IMG/VR virus record: IMGVR_UViG_3300006803_000022
DNA length: 64,000 nt
Direction: 5' to 3' (one strand)
From: an uncultured virus (IMG/VR IMGVR_UViG_3300006803_000022)
Taxonomy: Duplodnaviria; Heunggongvirae; Uroviricota; Caudoviricetes
Part shown: one piece after another, positions 8,111-17,057 of the stretch
How positions within the stretch are numbered: the first letter of the stretch is position 1
Layout of the letters: every line of letters begins with the position of its first letter
Made by a program: the position numbers and the translations under genes
The notes under the pieces: generated by a model
What the model was told of the DNA's origin: nothing
Database searches by the model: none
Seen by the model: only the letters and a program-made list of their open reading frames with translations

Positions 8111-9220
8111 ATGGCACGATCAGAACTCGCTCTACCCGAAGGAATTTCGGATGACCAGAATTCAGATATCGACGTTGATTCAGCGTTGGATGACTTACTT
8201 GATAATTCCGATATGTTACAGGAAGCAGGTATTTCTACCCGAGATGACGATGAAGAAGCAGACGCGGACAACGCTGAAGAGGAAAACGACCTCCTCGAAG
8301 ATGAGTCCGGTGACGAAGAAGATAAAGCCGAAGGTAATGACGGCACTGACGAAGATCCTGAAGACGACGATGACTCCGCTAAGGACTCTACCGAAGAAGA
8401 AGGGGAAGACGACAGTGACGACGGAGAGATAGACTGGGACTTCAAGGTACCTGTAAAGGTAGACGGTGAAGATTCAGAACTAGAACTCGCAGAACTCGTA
8501 AAGGGTTATCAGACCAGCCAGCATTTGTCGAAGAAAGGTCGAGATTTGGCCGACGAACGTAAGGCGTTTGAAGCAGAAAGAACAACAGAAACTGAACGGC
8601 TGGTTGAAACAGCCAAGATTCTGCAAGCTCAAAACACCTACCAAGAAACTGAGTTGTCCAAAGAATACGCTGAACTTGATAAAGAACTTAAAGCCGCCAA
8701 GAAGGATGGTGATAAGTACAAGCAAGAGGAGATTGCAGAGAAAGTAGAAGAGGTGAAAGCCTCATACTGGAAAGCTCGTCAGACTCGTGAAAAGATTGAG
8801 GAAGGTCTCAAGTCTCATGAAGAATCGTCATACCAGAAATACTTAGAAGATGGTATGGCTAAATTCAACGAAGAGATCACAGACTACGTCCCAGACTTTA
8901 ACGAAGAAAAAGCAGTCAAGCTCAGGGAATTTGCTGTCTCGAAAGGAATCTCTGAAGAAGTTCTTGCTACTCTTATTGATGCGAAAATCATAGGAGCGCT
9001 GAATGAATTCATGGAAATCTCAGAGAAAGCCTCGAAGGGAAGTGCTAAGCGCAAGGTTGCGCCTAAACGAAGTCCTTCTCAAACCAAAAAGACAAAACCA
9101 GCCTCTGTTAAGCAGAGTGAAAAGAGACGGGCAACGTCCAAACGGATTCAAAGCGGAGACGCAGATGACTCCGATGTAGATGACGCTCTCGATTCTCTTG
9201 TTGGTAAATACTTCGGATAA
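8111..9220 (+). CDS. capsid scaffolding protein
   Basis: Very acidic N-terminus, VKVDGEDSELELAELVKGYQ motif, coiled coil, basic C-terminus; precedes the MCP. Confidence 0.85.
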   Translation: MARSELALPEGISDDQNSDIDVDSALDDLLDNSDMLQEAGISTRDDDEEADADNAEEENDLLEDESGDEEDKAEGNDGTDEDPEDDDDSAKDSTEEEGEDDSDDGEIDWDFKVPVKVDGEDSELELAELVKGYQTSQHLSKKGRDLADERKAFEAERTTETERLVETAKILQAQNTYQETELSKEYAELDKELKAAKKDGDKYKQEEIAEKVEEVKASYWKARQTREKIEEGLKSHEESSYQKYLEDGMAKFNEEITDYVPDFNEEKAVKLREFAVSKGISEEVLATLIDAKIIGALNEFMEISEKASKGSAKRKVAPKRSPSQTKKTKPASVKQSEKRRATSKRIQSGDADDSDVDDALDSLVGKYFG

Positions 9221-9248
9221 ACCGAAGATAACCCTAGAGGTATAACTA

Positions 9249-10292
9249 ATGGCTACTGGAAACTACAAAACGGGAGGCCCAAAGGCTGCTCTCGGCAACG
9301 GTGCAGGTGCTTCCGAACGTGAAGACCTGACGAACCTGATCTCGATGATCTCGCGTGAGGACACCCCTTTCACGGCATCTATCGGTAAGACTAAAGCTAA
9401 AGCGATTCTCCACGAATGGCAGACCGACGAACTTCGCGCTCCCGGTCTCAATGTTCGGGTGGAAGGCGTTGATTATGACGATATCACTGAAGGCCAAGTC
9501 TTCCGTACGCGTATCGGTAACTACACCCAGATCTTCGGTGAGAAGCTCTCGGTATCCAACACGAAGCAGCATGTTGATCAGGCTGGTGTTAAGGATGAAT
9601 TCAAGTACCAGATCAAGAAGAAAGGTACTGAGATGAAGCGTGACCTCGAGTACACGCTCGTACAAAGCTGGCAGGAAAAGCTGGGCACCGACCCACGCGC
9701 AATGGGTGCAGTACAATCGTACGCATCTGATGACCTCGTCTGGAACGCTGCACTTGGTGCATTCGAATCCGGTGGAGTCTTCGCTGGTAATGGTACTTTT
9801 GGTGCCGCAATCGCAGCTACTACCGAAGTAGCTATTGACCTTGCAGACATTGATGAAGTCCAGCAGAAGGTATATGAGGAAGGTGGTAAGTCCACTCGAG
9901 TCATGGTATCTCCTCTGAACCGTCGGAAGATCTCTGCAGCTGCTCAACTGGCCAACGCTAACGTCCGTCGTGACATTGGTGAGTCCGGTAAGCTCCGTCA
10001 GTCGGTTGACCTGTACGAGTCTGACTTCGGTGAAGTATTCATTGTTCCTAACTGGATCATGGGTCTCGCTGGTACGGCTGGTGCTGGTGCACTTGATGCC
10101 ACGGATTCGCCCGGTGACTTCACTGCGATCTGCTACGATCCAATGTGGTTCAACACGGCTACTCTGCGTCCTATGCAGGAAGTCGATGTAGGCGCAAGAG
10201 GTGACTCGACGATTGGTATGCTGATCGAAGAGTGTACTCTCGAGTGCAAGAACCCACGTGGCTTCGGGTTGATCATCGGTATTGGTGCATAA
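9249..10292 (+). CDS. major capsid protein (DUF5309/SU10-type)
   Basis: REDLTNLISMISREDTPF, HEWQTDEL, GNYTQIF, EMKRDLE, YESDFG. Confidence 0.92.
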   Translation: MATGNYKTGGPKAALGNGAGASEREDLTNLISMISREDTPFTASIGKTKAKAILHEWQTDELRAPGLNVRVEGVDYDDITEGQVFRTRIGNYTQIFGEKLSVSNTKQHVDQAGVKDEFKYQIKKKGTEMKRDLEYTLVQSWQEKLGTDPRAMGAVQSYASDDLVWNAALGAFESGGVFAGNGTFGAAIAATTEVAIDLADIDEVQQKVYEEGGKSTRVMVSPLNRRKISAAAQLANANVRRDIGESGKLRQSVDLYESDFGEVFIVPNWIMGLAGTAGAGALDATDSPGDFTAICYDPMWFNTATLRPMQEVDVGARGDSTIGMLIEECTLECKNPRGFGLIIGIGA

Positions 10293-10307
10293 AGCATCTA
10301 TCTATGA

Positions 10308-10342
10308 AGGGGGAGGTCCAAGTGATCTCCCCTATTCTTTTT
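10308..10342 (+). terminator. intrinsic terminator after the MCP
   Basis: GGGGAGGTC-caagt-GATCTCCCC followed by a T-rich tail. Confidence 0.7.
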
Positions 10343-10355
10343 CTATGAGGACATA

Positions 10356-10778
10356 ATGAAAACACTAGACGAACTACGAACTGAGGCTCTTGAAGAGCTT
10401 GCAGTTGAAGAGGCACAATTGAGAAGTCAGGGAGTCCTGAACCAATTTGATGCTAATGATTTCGGTGTATCCGGATATGAAACACAAGACAACTTCTCAA
10501 TTGAACAAGACATTAGCGGAATCCTAGAAGACGTAAGAATCGAAAGGGAAGACCGACGGGATGGATTGTATAAAGCAGAGAAAGGAACTAGAAAGTTCGC
10601 CACTGTACCAATGGCTGTACTCCTCGAATATCAACTTCAAAAAGGTGTTGACATTATGGACGGAGAGGTCTCATTGGACAAGTGGGAAATGGCTAAGTTT
10701 CGAATGTGGATACAGAAAACCCATCCCGAACTAATGGTTCGAGAGGCTGGGAAAACAAGGTTCCATACCGCAAGTTAG
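10356..10778 (+). CDS. hypothetical virion-module protein
   Basis: 140-aa ORF; GAGG RBS. Confidence 0.65.
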   Translation: MKTLDELRTEALEELAVEEAQLRSQGVLNQFDANDFGVSGYETQDNFSIEQDISGILEDVRIEREDRRDGLYKAEKGTRKFATVPMAVLLEYQLQKGVDIMDGEVSLDKWEMAKFRMWIQKTHPELMVREAGKTRFHTAS

Positions 10779-10787
10779 GAGACTTAG

Positions 10788-11630
10788 ATGACAACCTATA
10801 CTAAATTCGTGGACAACCTGCACAAGTATACGAACAGGGATTCTGGGGTACTACCCAATGACCTAATCCGTTTCTTTGCAGACTTGGCCTGTGATAATAT
10901 CTACAAGGACATCAGAGTAGCTCCACTTGAATATGTCTTTACTTATGACGCTCTCCTAGTGGAAACAGACAAGCTAGCTGTTCCCGGTGATGCCGCTTCT
11001 TTCATTCAATTGAGAAAGCTGGACGCTAATGGGGATATTGAATGCACCTACAACTCCAGATCAGATATGAGGTCCTTCCACACATCCAGTCACAAGAACT
11101 GGGCTGAAGGTCATTATACGAGGGAGGGTAACAACTTTGTTATCTACCCAAAAGGAGCAATAGGTGACGTATACGAGTTGTTCTACTACAGACGACTACC
11201 ATCAGTCTATGCAAGATATGCTCTTACTGATGATAACTATGCGTTAGGACTATTATATTTTGGAGCCACCGTCAACGACTGTGAAGCAGCTTTGCTAGCA
11301 GCCGAGGCAGACACAACGGTGACTGAAGATGCAACTACTGCCGATCCTCTCATTACTAATTCTATTACCTTCGTGGATGGAACTGGCGCGATCCCAGCAG
11401 GTTATTACGCTGGTATCCTCGCACCGAATTGGATTCGAGACGAGAACCAATCTATGCTCCTATACGGATCACTCAGAGAAGCGTACATCTACTTACAAGA
11501 CGAAGAAAGAGCACAACTCTATGAATCACTCTTTCGCGCTCAGGTATCTGAACTAAACGATGAAGACAAACGCTCCCGTATTAGTGGTGGTATTGCTACT
11601 ACCAGCTATAGCGGTGGCTATCTTCTATAG
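10788..11630 (+). CDS. head-tail adaptor (tail tubular A-like)
   Basis: Position; YELFYYRRLP and LLYGSLREAYIYL motifs. Confidence 0.7.
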   Translation: MTTYTKFVDNLHKYTNRDSGVLPNDLIRFFADLACDNIYKDIRVAPLEYVFTYDALLVETDKLAVPGDAASFIQLRKLDANGDIECTYNSRSDMRSFHTSSHKNWAEGHYTREGNNFVIYPKGAIGDVYELFYYRRLPSVYARYALTDDNYALGLLYFGATVNDCEAALLAAEADTTVTEDATTADPLITNSITFVDGTGAIPAGYYAGILAPNWIRDENQSMLLYGSLREAYIYLQDEERAQLYESLFRAQVSELNDEDKRSRISGGIATTSYSGGYLL

Positions 11631-11639
11631 GAGAATAAC

Positions 11640-12113
11640 ATGGCATTTGAAGCAGAGGTAGATGTCCCAGCAGTTGGGGGATCATTCGCAGGATCTACCA
11701 CACAAAGGGGTAGAACTCCCGGTGGTAGGTTTAACGGCGACGGCATCTCTGGCTTTGTACAATCAAAGCTGTCCGAGACCACTCTATGGATTGGACCGAA
11801 TGCCCCAGCTGGAGATTCCTACCTTCTCTGGATGGACACAGATACTAACATTCTATATGTTAAGAACGCAGGGGTTTGGGTAGCGGCCGAAGCTCAAGCA
11901 GCATTACATTGGGATGACTATGCAATAAACTGGTCAGCTACGCCTACTCTGGCGGGGACCACTACTGAGGGCGACGTGTACTTGTACACATACGATAATG
12001 GTACTGCATACAGGCTTGTACCTACAGACGGCATTTCTTCTGATGGGTTTTACCAAACCTTCTCAGGTAGTGTCCTATCAGATTTAATAATAGAAAGAGG
12101 ATTAGTAATATAA
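11640..12113 (+). CDS. short tail-associated protein
   Basis: N-terminal ~65 aa homologous to the N-terminus of the 17058 fibre. Confidence 0.65.
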   Translation: MAFEAEVDVPAVGGSFAGSTTQRGRTPGGRFNGDGISGFVQSKLSETTLWIGPNAPAGDSYLLWMDTDTNILYVKNAGVWVAAEAQAALHWDDYAINWSATPTLAGTTTEGDVYLYTYDNGTAYRLVPTDGISSDGFYQTFSGSVLSDLIIERGLVI

Positions 12114-12138
12114 CCTCTAATAACAGGAGAAAAAGCAT

Positions 12139-14070
12139 ATGGCTTTTGTAGCAGCTGACTGGTCTCTCGCCCTAAACGGTAACATCCGTTATATTGGTGA
12201 TGACCATAACGGAGCCGCACCATCTTACACGACGGTTATCGAACTCCACAGAGAGATCCAAGCCTTCGCAGATGATGCTGCAGCTTCCGGTGATGACTTG
12301 GTTGACATCACAAGTGATACCCCGTCTGAAAGATCGACGGATAACATTATTACCCTTATCAACGGGTACAACATTGATGCTGCCGCAGCAGAGCACATCT
12401 ACGACGGTACTGTAGCGCAAGGCGCTGGTGCAGAGCGTTGGGACGGTGTTACTAACTTTGGTAACCCAGAAGTAGAACTCGGCATCATTCAGGACGGAGC
12501 AGTCCTATCAGACGACTGGTGGAACCTCGGTGGTTTCCATGGTACTGTAACAGGTGGCTCAACGTCCACACTAGTAGACACTGGCTCTGGCTGGACTGTA
12601 GACGAGTGGGTAGGTTACGTTGTTCGTAACACGACTGACGGATCACAAGGTCTTATCACATCTAACACAGCAGACACACTGACCATCACTAACCTGATGT
12701 ATGGTGGTACTGCTAACACTAACGCAGCCTCTGATGTATTCTACATTGCTAAAGGCCTAAACGCCTCAGCTACCGACGGTATCTCGCACAGATTCATGAT
12801 CAAGACTATCACTGGAAGTGCTTCTATCGACGGACGTAAAGTCATCGGATTTGCTCGTACATTTGGTAACACGTATTCCGAGTTCTCGATTAACGCTGCT
12901 GCATCAGGTATTAACGTGCTTGCTGTATCTGACGGTAACGACTTGAACAACGCAACGCTTCCTAATGCTTTGTATAGCTCTGTAAGCTCTTTGTTCATCT
13001 CACCGTTTACTACTATCTCTAACACCACTGTTGGTTATGCTAACCTCGACGTCAACAATGACGCCGCAGACGAATTCTTCTACTCCGAATGGAACAGAGG
13101 AACAGCATCTATCAACCAGTTCTATGAGTACTCTAAGTACGTAACACGTTACAAGGGTGAGACAGGAACTCTTTATGGACTTGCTCCAGATCTGTTCCGT
13201 GGTATCACTCATGAACTGACTATTACTGGTATTGGTGGAACTTGGGTAGAACCAGAAGCAGTCTCTTGGACTGGCGGAACTGGACAACTACTCGCAGTAG
13301 ATAACGTAGCTGGTGCCTCGACTACCACTATGTGGATCCAAGTACTTACAGGATCCGCACCAACTTCCGGTACTATTACTGGTAACGGTGCTGCTACTGG
13401 TACTGTGTCTGCAGCTACAGCACGAGCCTTGTCGTACCCATTCTCGGGTCAGTCAACTGGTTCGGCTCTTATCGGTGCCTACGGACTTGGTCTGGAAACA
13501 AGTGATCTTTCAGCTTCTGACCTCCTTCGTGCTCTTGACAACTTGACCTATCAGCCGCCTAACAACGTTACGTTTAGCGTTGGTGGACTTGTGGTCGGTG
13601 AAGACAGAGTTCTTGTTACCCCAGAGTCTGGTGGTGGAATTGACACTACTCAGCTTCTGACGAACGCTACACTTAACGGTGCAGCAGTAGCTACGGTTGT
13701 AGCATCTACATCTATTCCAACGGACACCCCGACTTCGGGAGTTATCCGTGTTGTTAACGATCAAGGTTTTGAGGTGTTCCTACCTTACGACAGTTATACA
13801 GGATCTACGTTTACTCTGACAAGCACTTATGACTTCTCAGGTGTAGACGAGAACGACACAGCAACAGCTGGGAACGGACTATATATAGGATATATCGATA
13901 AGTTAGCAGGGGCTACAACGGAGAGCTTTACGGTAGTTTACGACGCCGATAGACCACTCTTCATTCGGGTGCGCGATGGTGCAGGAACTCCTATCAAGAC
14001 TTTTGAGACTACTGGCTCGCTTAGCTCAGCTGGCGGTTCAGTCACTGCAATTCGTACTCCAGACGCTTAG
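12139..14070 (+). CDS. G/T/S-rich virion appendage protein
   Basis: 643 aa, beta-rich; AGGAG RBS; lies in the tail block. Confidence 0.7.
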   Translation: MAFVAADWSLALNGNIRYIGDDHNGAAPSYTTVIELHREIQAFADDAAASGDDLVDITSDTPSERSTDNIITLINGYNIDAAAAEHIYDGTVAQGAGAERWDGVTNFGNPEVELGIIQDGAVLSDDWWNLGGFHGTVTGGSTSTLVDTGSGWTVDEWVGYVVRNTTDGSQGLITSNTADTLTITNLMYGGTANTNAASDVFYIAKGLNASATDGISHRFMIKTITGSASIDGRKVIGFARTFGNTYSEFSINAAASGINVLAVSDGNDLNNATLPNALYSSVSSLFISPFTTISNTTVGYANLDVNNDAADEFFYSEWNRGTASINQFYEYSKYVTRYKGETGTLYGLAPDLFRGITHELTITGIGGTWVEPEAVSWTGGTGQLLAVDNVAGASTTTMWIQVLTGSAPTSGTITGNGAATGTVSAATARALSYPFSGQSTGSALIGAYGLGLETSDLSASDLLRALDNLTYQPPNNVTFSVGGLVVGEDRVLVTPESGGGIDTTQLLTNATLNGAAVATVVASTSIPTDTPTSGVIRVVNDQGFEVFLPYDSYTGSTFTLTSTYDFSGVDENDTATAGNGLYIGYIDKLAGATTESFTVVYDADRPLFIRVRDGAGTPIKTFETTGSLSSAGGSVTAIRTPDA

Positions 14071-14104
14071 GGAGATAATTGAAAGACTACTAGGAGGTAT
14101 TAGT

Positions 14105-15673
14105 ATGTCAACTGTAACACTAAACGGCTCTCGGGTCAACGACGCTGACACTAATACCGGCTGGTCGAACTTAGGAGGTGGGGGACCTTCCCCCGCTTCC
14201 GAAGCTCAGCTAAGATATCAGGGAGCAGGTGCTGTTAACCGTAAGGTTACCACTACTGCTTCATTGACAGGAGTACAATACGATGCTGGAAGCACCATAG
14301 ATATGACTGGTGCTTCCTTCCCCCTCTGGCTATTCAAGGGGAAAGTAGCAGACGCTGGTGACCTGAATACGACCTATGGCCTACAGGCTGCAATCGGTTC
14401 AGGATCTGGTGCCGCATATCAATACAACCTATCAGGTTCTGGGGCTAATAACCCAGCATATGATAGTGGTTACTCTTCTCAGGGTGGATTGGCAGAAGGA
14501 TATGTTATCACTGCTATCAACCCCAACATAGCTCAGTGGAGGGAAGCCACAGTTGGATCTCCCGTACTCACTGCTGTAGACTACTACGGCATTGCCGCAC
14601 AGCTAGTTGTTGGTGGAGCTAAATCAGAGAACGTCGCTCTGGATGCTATCGACGTAGGCTTAGGCCTAGACTATACGGGTACATCGTTCACCTTTCAAGA
14701 TGGGGTAACGACAGACCAAGAGAACACATCTAACCGATGGGGATTTGCCTGTGCTAACGGCTCTGACCTTCAGTTTAGGGGTGTTCACACAGTTGGTGCT
14801 GGTGGTGTTTTAACATCAGGTACTGACACATCATCTGTAAGATTTCCGGATGGATATCATGGTACTGGCGATGCTGGTATTGAAGTTGACCTATCTAATG
14901 CGTCAACCATCCTCACGTTCAATGGTTCCTACGTTGGCCTCGGAGCGCTATATACCGCTGACGACACCCGACCTGATCTTCTTGTTACTGGTACATCTGG
15001 TACACTAGATATCGGTGGAGACTTTCTGAACTTCAATGCTATAACACTGACGTCAGCTGTAACAGTAGCTGATGCAACCCTAGAATTCGTTTCTCTTACT
15101 CCCTCCACGGCTGACATAGATAACTCTACCCTAGGTGTGGACACTGCTGCCAGTACTGCTGGTACTACTGATCCATCCTTCGCCAATATGGCGGGTATAC
15201 GTTGGGTACAGCTAGGTGTTGGACACGCCATTGAGATAACGTCTACGGGTACATATACACTCGACGCAACAACATTTATAGGGTTCGGTGCGGACGCATC
15301 AACATCTGCCGCCATATACAATAACTCTGGTGGTCTGGTAACACTCAATGTTGTTAACGGAGGTGGAACTCCCACCGTGACCAATGGTTCCGGTGCTTCT
15401 ACTACCATTAATAACGCAGCAGCTATAAGCCTAACAGGACTTATCGCAGGATCTCGTGTATACATCGAGAACACTACGGACAGCGTTGTATTATTCAATG
15501 AGATCGAGGCTACAACCGCCTTCGCTGACAGTGTTAACTACACAGCCGACAAAGCTTTACTTGTGAAGGTCAGAAATGCATCTGGCGTAACAAAGTATAA
15601 ACCATTTGAGACTACTGGTACTCTGACGAGTGCAGGTTTCTCTCTGGTTGTAAATCAGGAACTGGACGAATGA
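14105..15673 (+). CDS. virion appendage protein (beta-helix-like middle)
   Basis: Start at ATG 14105 after AGGAGG; C-terminus similar to that of the 12139 protein. Confidence 0.7.
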   Translation: MSTVTLNGSRVNDADTNTGWSNLGGGGPSPASEAQLRYQGAGAVNRKVTTTASLTGVQYDAGSTIDMTGASFPLWLFKGKVADAGDLNTTYGLQAAIGSGSGAAYQYNLSGSGANNPAYDSGYSSQGGLAEGYVITAINPNIAQWREATVGSPVLTAVDYYGIAAQLVVGGAKSENVALDAIDVGLGLDYTGTSFTFQDGVTTDQENTSNRWGFACANGSDLQFRGVHTVGAGGVLTSGTDTSSVRFPDGYHGTGDAGIEVDLSNASTILTFNGSYVGLGALYTADDTRPDLLVTGTSGTLDIGGDFLNFNAITLTSAVTVADATLEFVSLTPSTADIDNSTLGVDTAASTAGTTDPSFANMAGIRWVQLGVGHAIEITSTGTYTLDATTFIGFGADASTSAAIYNNSGGLVTLNVVNGGGTPTVTNGSGASTTINNAAAISLTGLIAGSRVYIENTTDSVVLFNEIEATTAFADSVNYTADKALLVKVRNASGVTKYKPFETTGTLTSAGFSLVVNQELDE

Positions 15674-15897
15674 CCGAGGATGAAAGAAGAGAACGAGAGA
15701 TTGCCGTCAAGACTGTCACACATGACAATGTCTTAAAGCTGGTATCAGCAGTAAGAGATGAAAGAGAATTGAGGGCAGTCCTACAAGCTAGGGTGGTAGC
15801 CCTTGAGAACACCGTACAGCAAATGGTTACGAGAGTAATGAATGCTGAACAGAAAGCCAATGTGGCTATGGCGGTGGCACAGCAAGGGAGGCTCTAA
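15670..15897 (+). CDS. small coiled-coil protein
   Basis: ATGA/TAATG coupling with both neighbours. Confidence 0.65.
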   Translation: MTEDERREREIAVKTVTHDNVLKLVSAVRDERELRAVLQARVVALENTVQQMVTRVMNAEQKANVAMAVAQQGRL

Positions 15898-17045
15898 TGG
15901 CCATAACAATTGATTGGGGTACACGGATTATATCTGTACCTAAAGCTGATCTGCTTCTAGTTCAGTCGATGCCTACAGAGATTAGGCAACTCGACCTAGA
16001 CGCTTTTAGGCTAGAGCTTAAGTCTCTTGAAGATGATCCTGCTGGTATGCCATTTCCTATTACGCATAATCACGTAGCCCCTATCACAGTTGGAGGGGTT
16101 ACCCTCGCCAGAGTCGTTGAGATGCTTAACGGATATACGGTTACTTTCGAGGATGGTCAGTACGCTGTTAACCTCGTTGGATCCAACTCTAATGTTGGTG
16201 ACGTTGTAAACGTTAACCAAGTATCCATTCGTTCTGCTAACTCTGCTGGTCTTACCTTTTCTGAGCAGATCAATGACCAGAGTTTCATCGGTGCAGCTGT
16301 TTACGTAGATGTTGCTGAGGGTCAGTCCGGTACCTCGTTTCCTAGGGGTACACCAACAAGCCCTGTAAACAACCTTACAGACGCATTATCTATTGCAGAT
16401 ATAAGGTCTCTACAGAATGTTATTCTCACTGGGTTCGTTACAGCCAATGGAACTCATACACTAGACTTTCATAATTTCGATGCGGGAGCAGGAGCGTCTA
16501 ATGTTATCCTTCTTTCCGGAGCATCAACTGTTAACTCGTCTTTCGAGAGGTTGATCCTTGTGGGTGCTCAAGCTGGACTATCTAGGATCAACAACTGTAT
16601 CCTCGGAGTTGACGGCCTCGGTGGACTTACAGAGGTAGAAGGAAGAATCGTAGACTCTATAGTTAACACAGTAGCAGGAATAACCCAATACACCGCTGGT
16701 GCAGGGTGCCTTCTCGATAACTGTGCCTTCATCGCCCCAGACTCGCCACAGATTGAATTCAATGCGAATGGTAAGGGTTTTGGAATGCGGTCGTGCACTG
16801 GTAACATCCTGATAACTAATCAGACTGTTTCTGAGGAGCTAGAACTAAACTTTGCTGGAGCAAGGGTAGAGATAGCATCCTCTTGTACTGCTGGAACTCT
16901 TAACATCTCTGGTAACGCGACAGTAGTCGATAACTCAGGTGTTGGTTGTACAGTGGTGGACAAGACTCTGGACATCAATCAGAACACTATTAACCAAGGC
17001 GTACAGAAGGCTTCACTTCTTATACCTCACACAACAGACTTATAA
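15897..17045 (+). CDS. virion appendage protein with beta-helix-like C-terminus
   Basis: 382 aa, translationally coupled. Confidence 0.65.
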   Translation: MAITIDWGTRIISVPKADLLLVQSMPTEIRQLDLDAFRLELKSLEDDPAGMPFPITHNHVAPITVGGVTLARVVEMLNGYTVTFEDGQYAVNLVGSNSNVGDVVNVNQVSIRSANSAGLTFSEQINDQSFIGAAVYVDVAEGQSGTSFPRGTPTSPVNNLTDALSIADIRSLQNVILTGFVTANGTHTLDFHNFDAGAGASNVILLSGASTVNSSFERLILVGAQAGLSRINNCILGVDGLGGLTEVEGRIVDSIVNTVAGITQYTAGAGCLLDNCAFIAPDSPQIEFNANGKGFGMRSCTGNILITNQTVSEELELNFAGARVEIASSCTAGTLNISGNATVVDNSGVGCTVVDKTLDINQNTINQGVQKASLLIPHTTDL

Positions 17046-17057
17046 CAGGAGCATAAT

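Noticed and set aside
7606..8445. 279-aa minus-strand ORF and other long antisense ORFs (9246-9947, 14929-15498)
   Set aside because: Shadows of the scaffold, capsid and tail genes, e.g. Ser-rich from antisense Asp/Glu codons
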